Part shown: positions 24,501 through 33,500 of the stretch, in pieces
Numbering within the stretch: the first letter of the stretch is position 1
Layout: the number at the start of each line of letters is the position of its first letter
Origin: Tubiluchus corallicola
Lineage: Eukaryota > Animalia > Priapulida
Assembly (NCBI GenBank): GCA_030141605.1
Contig: JAQGDQ010000093.1
Span: forward strand, 372,001 to 436,000
Length of the DNA: 64,000 bases
Direction: 5' to 3'
Made by a program: the position numbers and the translations under genes
Notes under the pieces: generated by a model
What the model saw: only the letters and a program-made list of their open reading frames with translations
Told to the model about the DNA's origin: nothing
Databases searched by the model: none

Positions 24501-27500
24501 TACCAATGATATCACCCAGGTGTCGAACCCATGGCTGCCGCATTAGACTCATTATCATTATCATACATGTATGTAATGTGTGTGCACTTATCCACTCAGC
24601 TATGACCCCGTGTAAGTTTTTCATTTTTGTTGGCGAATTTCAGCTGTCAGCTGTTTCCGATGCAGCGTCGTTGCCAATTTTTTTCTTAAAAAATGTAGAA
24701 TTGATAATGGTTAAAATTAAAGTATTTCTACTAATTAATTATAATTTCAACAAAATCTACGTTTTCACTGTTTCTTTACGCGAGTAAGTAAATTGTTTGT
24801 TTTTTAGTTTGATCCGGAATTGGTGCTGGTATCCGCAGGTTTTGACGCGGCTCGGGGAGACCCTTTGGTAAGTTTCCATATTTCTTGTGTTTCTGGCAAC
24901 AAACTACACCTTTATAAGACCACACCCATACACCAACCAAAGTCAAATGTCAAAATAATCTTTAAAATCTTGAAATCAAACATACTATTTTTTCCAAAAT
25001 AACTTACTGAAAAGAATTGTTATCACACAAAGACAATTTCGCGTTTGTGCCACTAGTTCCTTGCTGTTACATGCATTTCGCCACTCATTAGTTAGACGGG
25101 CAATAACTCTTTCATTTCGGAAAGTGTTGCACAAAAACAGATGCTGTACCTCTCAGTTCAGATGTGTTAGTTTCTGATGAACTATGCACGTTCAACAGCT
25201 CGTGCGTGAGCACAACAAATTTAAAATTTGAATTTTTATCTTAAAATTTGCCTAGTTTTAGTTCAACACACTGAATATCTTTTAGTAGCACTGTACTTCA
25301 ATTTTCGCTTTCGCAAACTCGTGCAACATGCTCGTTTAATGTTTTTGCTGTCGAAAATTATGTTAGTTTGTGATAGTTGGGCTCGCTGCCATTAATTAAG
25401 TTTTTAATCTATTATTTAATTATCAGAAATGCTTTTGCGATTGAAAAATCTTCCTGTCTTCCTTTAAATAAATTTGATGGAATTTGACTTGTTCTAGTCT
25501 GTGTTTTATTGGTTTTGTTTTTCAGGGATGTTTGAAGGTGAGTCCGGAAGGATATGCTCACATGACACAATTGCTCAATGGACTCGCCAATGGACGGCTA
25601 ATCTTGGCGTTAGAAGTAATGTACCTCTCAACATAGACAACTAATTATGTGCTTGCAAACCTAAACAGTCCATAAGTCTGTATACTTAAAACTACGTTAT
25701 AATGCTTCAAAGTAGAATGCGCCAAAAATTTGGTCTAAAGTCAATTTTTTGTTTTTTTATAAAAACAAATGCTAAATATATTGGACTTTGGGTTGTTTAA
25801 CCAGATTGAAGCAAGTTATAGAGTGTGGTTCATAATCTTTTTCTAATGGAGAACTGGAACTAAGGGGTAACGATACAGAAGGATTTATTTCGTCAAAGTA
25901 TTGTTCAATTAATTGCAAATCTGACATACCCTCAAAATTTAGTATGAAAGCGTTGGGTGCTTCCCACAGCCCGTAGTCTTGATGGGTGTGGTCAGAGCAT
26001 GATGATCTGATAACTTTGTGATTAATATTGACCTATCACGAAGTACCGAGTGGACACTAAGATGATTAAAAACGTGCCATTGGTCAGTATTCATAAGACA
26101 AACTTGTGAGGCATCTGCAAGATGTGTTGGGGGATCTTGAGTTCATTGAGGCACTGTTTTAACAAATAATAGTTTTTCTATCTTTTATATCGTCTCATAT
26201 ATGAGTTTCATTCATTATATCGATCCAGTCTGAAGCACTAAATGTTTTGTTTATCACATGGTTCACATCATAATTTTCTGTTTATTTTCGTTACCTTTTT
26301 TACTTTCACAGGGTAGGGCATTCTTACATGCCCCGCCAGGTTAAACAACTACTTGTGGTGTATTAGCAGACTATTAACCTAGTTTCTACGTGGTCATTGT
26401 TAATTACATGTATTTGCATAGCACTTATATTCAAGCAGGCTGAGCAACTGCTTGTTGTGTGATACCTTGCACCTGTTCGTTATGTGGCTATTACATAAAA
26501 GCTGCTGTCAGTAACTGCCTGAGGTGTGTCATGAAAAGGACCTTTTACTTGAATATGGAAGTATATACGAAAGGATATGAAACATTTTCCGAGGAGAATA
26601 AGATTGTTTCTAAAACGTGGTGTCCCTCAAACTTTGGCACCCTATTGGTTAATACGCCCCTGTGAATCACCATGTAGTATCTTATCTACGGCTCGTGTGG
26701 GTGAATAACAATGGGAAACTGTGCAGTTTTTTATACACTCTGCCACATTACAAGCCAGAATCTAGCATACAAAAGGAGAGCCTAGAGAGCGATATGTTTT
26801 TCGTGACGGTAATGGTTCGTAGCTCATTATCGTGCATATTCCTTTAAGTTGAGCCACTGAATCAGCAGGGGTGTCTCGGTTATGTTTACATCCTCCCTGT
26901 AAAAAATAAACAGCCAAAGTTTACGAACGATCTTTCCATCTTTTATATCGTGCCATATACGAGCTTCATTCATCGTATCAGTCCATTTGGAAGCACCAAA
27001 TGATACCACCAGAGCATTTATCGAACCAACATGTCACTGACATAGCGTGCACATCTAACCACTCAATCGTGAATCCAGCCTCATGGCTATTTCTGTAAAA
27101 AAGTGTCAAAGTATCTAAATAGTTTTAGTTTATCAAAGAAATCTATATTATATTGTTACTTGATCTGTGCTCAAATCTGTTTCAGAGTTCTATAGTTCAA
27201 CCCAGTCATCTGTTACTATGGTTTTCTGTTTCAGGGAGGCTATAACTTGACGTCGATCAGTGTTTCCATGGCGATGTGCACAAAAGTGTTGCTAGGAGAC
27301 CCGTGTCCGTCTTTGCCATCGTTAGTGCCGTGTGCAAGGTAAGTAGAGTTGAATTAACTTTCATGTTGTCGAGCTAATCGCATATTGCATAAACTTATTT
27401 GATTCTGGTGTTCACAAAAACTTGTATTAATAGTAATAATAATGTGTTTGTGTGCTTTCAACCCAAAACCAGAAGTCGGCCTAGTTAAAACTATGTTATG

Positions 27501-30500
27501 ATGCTTCATAGCTGAATGCACCAAAAATTTGGTCAAATATATTCTAATATCAAATTATCAAGAAAATGTTCAAAAAATTCTAAAAAATTAATTTTGTAAC
27601 CCCTACCCGCTTTTCTGGCTAGAAACTAGTAATTCAATTGCAAAAAACTCGTATTTTCAAACGCCGATAGTAATTCGCAGAAGCAGTCATTTTGCTTCAG
27701 TTTTTTTTTCTGTTGCCAAGCCAAGATTTTCATCAGAAAGAGCCATCTATTGGATCTAAACATAACTTCAACGTGTTCTTGCAAAGTCCATAGCAACCTA
27801 CATTTTCGCGTCTAATATTTTTTTGTCTAATAATACAATAATAAGCTAATGCAGTAGCTGTAATTATCGGGATTAAATTTCAACAGAGACATGGTTTCCA
27901 AATATTATTGCTTGCTGCTTTCATGAATAGTGACAAAAATTGCAGAAAGAGCTCCATTTGTTTTGTTGCGTTTATGGACACATGGAAACAGTCAGTATGC
28001 ATCACGTATTATGCATTACATACACACGGAGTTGTAGCTTTAGTCATAGGCAACTAAGAAATTTGTAGCTGTTACATAAGTCCCTGTACTTGTGACAACA
28101 CTGAATCTTTGCTGTTAGTTCTCTCTCTTGTTCAATTGGTCTTGTGAATGATCCACTTAAGCCCCGAAACCCACTGAAACATGACGACTCATAAGTAGTG
28201 ACGATTATTTCCTTTTTTGTGGTGACATCTTGTGACAGATGACCGAATTTTTTGTCTGTTTTTTATCTTAGTGCTGTTGAGTCCATAAAGAGTGTGATTC
28301 GTGTCCAGAGTGTCCACTGGTCATCTTTGTGTTTTGACGGTGAGTGTTTCATGAAATATTTTGTCCATTTGAAATTTTGCATCACTGCAGATGAAAGTGA
28401 TGTCATTGGTCATCTCTGGGCAGTTATTATAAAAATTACTGTTGTAGAATTGAAGTAGAAAAAATTTACCTTGCTTGGGATTTGAACCTGGATTTTTGGT
28501 TCTGATAAAGTTCTTGGAAATTTATGTTCACACTTGTAAGTTCTAATCCACTTTTTTACATTCGTGAATCGCTTCTATGTACACTCATATCTCGTTTTGC
28601 CGGACAAAGTGGGGAGATGTCGGTCCGAATTTGCCGATTGTCCGTATTTACCGATACAGTAGGCGCCGTGTATTAGACTCACGGTAATGTAGAATCAATC
28701 ACTTAATTGTTTCAAAAACATCTAGTACTAGCCGCTTCTATGCAAAAGTATGTAAAAACTCTCGGAAATTGACTTAAATTACTCCGCATAATTTACTCTA
28801 TATTTTTATGCAAGTTGTTATACAGATGTAATGATATAAAGAAAGTGGTGGCCTGCCAACTAACGGTCAGCTCGCGAAATAACGGACTGCGTCCTTATTA
28901 TGCATGGCTTTTAACGGACCAGATTTTGTCCGAATTTTCCGATATCCGTAAAAGCGAGGTCCGGCAAACCGAGATATGAATGTACATGAACATGCTGCGG
29001 CACTCCAGTGTACAGTATTTTGTATAAAGTGTGTCCTATACTTTACTGTAAATATAAAGTACATTTCCTGTACTGTAAAGTACTCATGTGTCAATTTTTC
29101 ACTATTTTTCTATGTTGTCGTTATTATTTTTTACTATTTTTCCTCCGAGTCTGAATCAATTAATTTTTCTAAGAACGAAAATTTGGCTCAAAAATAAAGA
29201 ATTCTTTATGAAAATGTTGTTTATGTGTTGCATAACTGCTGTAATACGTAAGTTCTGACAACTCTTTGTGACTAATTGTAATTTCACTTTAGTGCACTCA
29301 ACATCGCAAAACCAGACATAATAAATTCCACTTTCAACTAGAACCGAATAAGCAAAATTAATAACAAACATAGAAGAATTAATAGGATTGAATGTGACTG
29401 CGGGTTTTATGAATGTCGTGCCATAAGAATCTGAAAGTTCACCGTGGTTTTTGGATCACCCTGTATCAATTTAAAGTTCAAGTGCTGCGAAACATGAACG
29501 TATCAGCTGAAAGTATTCATATTATTTGCATTGTGACTAAAAAAGGGCACTTCTGGGGGTTTTTTTTTTGTGAAGGAAGAGATGTTCGTGAGATTGAGAA
29601 TGCAAATACAGGGTGACTCAAAAGAAATTGTAGTAATATCACAGAATGGACCTGGACTTTTCATTATAACAATTTTCTGATCATATTATTATTAACATCA
29701 TTTATTTTTGAACACACGTTTACAGTTAAGTTGCATAAGTTGTTCAATTAAAAGAAATTAGTAGACTAGTAGCAAAAATGAAATAAATATTAACCACTGA
29801 CAACAACAACAACAAACATGGATATAGACAAAACAATTAATGTAAAAAGACACCTCATATTCTAACATTTCTCTCAATTGATACTTTGATAAAAAATTAG
29901 TTTCTGTTTTCATTACAACTTATACAATCTTTTGCTAAGTTTATTGTCGGTAGCTACTTGGTATGACTGGTATAATATAACTTGGTACGATCACACTTGT
30001 TGGCTTTCGTATGGTGCAGTGTTGGTATGCTTATAGCTTTTTTAGTGCTCTCTTTCTTTTGAAATGCCCTGTATTATGAGAATATTTATGGTACTTTAGC
30101 TGATTTTCCTGTGATAACGTCAGTTTCCGAAGTGGATTCTGCTAGATTTATCCAGACTGTTCCTGATGCTGCTGTACCATCACAATCAAAACCAGGTGCC
30201 GACTCTACTGTAAATCAACTGTCACAGGCTTTCGGAGGTTTATCAAGTAAGTGTTTGTTATTCAATTACTTGTCTTAATTGCTAGTAGAGGGAAGCACTT
30301 GTTGGAATGCATAGAACGATTATACTACCGAATTTGTGTCGCATTTTTTTAAATCGTGCATTGCAAACTTTTTGCACAGAGCCCTGAAAATGATGTTTCC
30401 AAGTAATCAAATCGTATTGCGAAATATCCGGTGATATTTTATCATAATATTGCACTGTTGCAAAGCATCCCTTTGTTTTGCAAAGACTGTAATAGTTTGT

Positions 30501-33500
30501 AGGAACATCCCAGTACTGTTCAATTTCATTTTTTGCAAACAATTCAGGGCTCTGTCTGTATTTTGTGATGGTTACGGGCTTAGTGGAAAACTCCTGCTTT
30601 TTATGAGATAAGTTACTAAAGAATGCTAAAAAGGGGACTTTAGTTTAGTGACATGCTCTTCAGATATGCTTGCCCCCTTTTATGCACAGTGTTTTATCTT
30701 TGATAATACAGACTGGCTGAACACTGTGCCTCACTTCTTCACACAAATGGCGGAGAGGAAATGATGAATTTCTGTGGCTTTTATTTGTTTTTTTCTGTTC
30801 CACATTGCAGTTAGTTTCATGAGTAAATTCATTACTAATTGAACTTTATAGTCGGCAAGCAACACATTTTTGTATTAAACCGTATCCCGCTTAACTCGTA
30901 CCTGGAAGTTTTGTAATTGACTTTAATAAATGAATTCCTTGAAATAATCCTGACTAATTCCTATGTCCGTTGTTTACCACAGTGAATGCTACTAATCTAA
31001 ACAACAGCAAGTTTTGTAATTGACTTTAATAAATGAATTCCTTGAAATAATTCTGACTAATTCCTATGTCTGTTGTTTACCACAGTGAATGCTACTAATC
31101 TAAACAGCGCAACCACCTCGGCTGAGACAACAATGCCCAACCCGAATGCGGAGGATTCTGGAAACATCTGCTCATCTCCTGCTTCCTCTTCCGATGCTGC
31201 ACAAAGGGGTGAAGATGGTAGTACAGCCCAAGAAGCAGCGCCTCTTTTGGGTGCAACCGGAGTGGCTGGAGGGGGTGCTGAAGTTGCAGCACGAGGTGCA
31301 GAAACTATAGCAGCAGGCTCTGAAGTAATAGAAGGGGCAATAAGAGGTGCCAAAGTGGTAGAAGGGGCAGTAGGAGGTGCTGAAGTGGTAGAAGAGGCAG
31401 CAGGAGGTGCCGCAGGGGCGACAGGCAGTGCCGATGAATCAAATTTAACAGCTTTTTTGCTGCTGGACTCTTCTGTGAAAGAGGTACCTGATTAAAATTA
31501 AAAATTAGAAAAATTAGAGAAGAAATTTTAATAAAGTAGATACATTAAATTTCAGATGGGCCATTTAATTTCACATGTTGCATGCACGGCCTGTGTTACA
31601 GCTACTAGTACACCTCAAACTGTGTGAGACAGTGATAGCGCATGTATAGGTACTGTGGAACAGCGGCACCCCTTATTTTCACTCAGTATTATCCATAATA
31701 TTTGATATAATAGGTCTTTTTTCTTTAGTTCTTTCTTTATACTTGTAGGGAATCAGAGCACGTGAGGGTAGTACTGTTTGCTTCACAGCCCAACATAGTG
31801 CGCTCCAGCAATATGGCGTTTGGCTGCTGTGCGCATGCGACCATGCGCATATGTCTGAGATAAGATGCTGCACTTTAAGTAGAAAGAGTACTGTCGCTCA
31901 CTGCAGCGTGTGTTGTCAGTTGTCACGTGCTTAAAAGCTGGGTACCGGCATATTCTTGGACAATTTAAGCTATTCGTAAGCAAACAATATTTTTTGTTTA
32001 GGATTCCATCAACTGTCTATATAAATTTTCGTATGTTTGTTTATATAATATTACAATTACAAATTACAGCCTTAAAATTATATATGTTTGTTTCGTTACA
32101 CAGAATTTTCTGAAGCAGCATCCCCAGTAATTTTGTCTACGAACCCCCACTGGTGTTAGGTTCATAAAATATACATTTCACAACCGATTTGAATATATTT
32201 CTTAAATTTTAAGAGCTTTTGTATTAAAATTTATTATTTATTAATTAAAATAGATGCAGTTGTGCAGTATTTTGCAACAGTAAAATGCTCATGATTGTTT
32301 TTCGGCAAATCAGCGTCAGAACTGGATTCGTAGAGCAATTTTTGGCATTCGCAACATGCAGAATTAGTTTCTAAAGTTTGCAGTAGAACTCCCGATTGCT
32401 TAGTACTCCCGTAATTTAGCAGAGTAAGTTGGATTGGTACTTCTGTTTAGCTGGTTCTGGTGAACAAGGAAACTCTTTTTTAAAGGAAAGAACAAGTCAC
32501 TTAGTATGTTGAGTCTATTTTACTGTTATCACTTAGCCTTAGAAAACTATAACAAAGAAATTTGCAAAAAAAACTTCCTATAATAAAGCATAAATTTAAA
32601 ATAAACTACATCTGAATAGAAATTTTCAGTTCTGATGGTTGCTGCCATTCGTTTGAAAATCATGACGTAACTGGGAGACTTCTTGACTTTTCGTAAGCTA
32701 GTCGTGGCTTTCCGTAAGCGCGCTCTGCTTAAACTAATTCAAACATCTGCAACTTACCTAATGTTTACGCAAAAATGTTACAAAATTAGCCATGTAATTT
32801 TTTTGTAAAAACTGATGAAGATTGACAATGTGCGCTACTTTTCTTCAAGATGAATGGCGCCATTGGAGGAATGATGGGCGTTCAAAATGGGAGTGCTCAA
32901 GCATGAAAGGATTGCGACTTTAAAGTGATTTTACTAATTACGCAAGGTGCTTATTGGAGTTTAATTACTAAATTCTTCTAACATCTTTGCGTAAACATTG
33001 AAATAATCCTAACTTCCCAGAAGGCTTGGCCTTTCCTTTAAATGTTGGGATACCAGTTGAGCACGCCCTACGCCGGGAGCACTAGACCAGCTTGCCAAGT
33101 TTTCATCAACTAGCGTGCACGTTCTAGATTTTTTTTATTTGGTCACATCTATTTCCAGGAAAAAATGTTCTGTGTTTTGCCATTGCCGTGGTGTCCACAC
33201 TTAGAGCTTGTGAGACCAGTGCCGCCTGGTGGAATAAATGTAAATCAGCCGTGTTTGACTTGCGAAAGCTGTGTGGAAAATTGGATCTGCCTCAAGTGTT
33301 ATCAGGTAATTTTAATCTATTGTCAACCGTTGGAGCTTTCCTCTTTTTGCCCCAATCAAGTGATCTGACAGTCAAGTGATCTGACAGTTTTAAGACCTGC
33401 TAACCACTCAGCCAAATTTGCAGGCCCTATACAAATGTAATACCAAAAATAGACCGTTATAAGTTTGACAGTGGTAACTTTAATAGTAGTCGAATGGGTG

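Noticed and set aside
25960-27100. Two related segments with a WHDIKDGK peptide (possible CACTA/EnSpm transposase relic)
   Set aside because: Too short and degenerate to assign without a search.
28468-28505. tRNA B-box-like motif (others near 24515 and 33395)
   Set aside because: No cloverleaf can be formed; at most decayed SINE heads.
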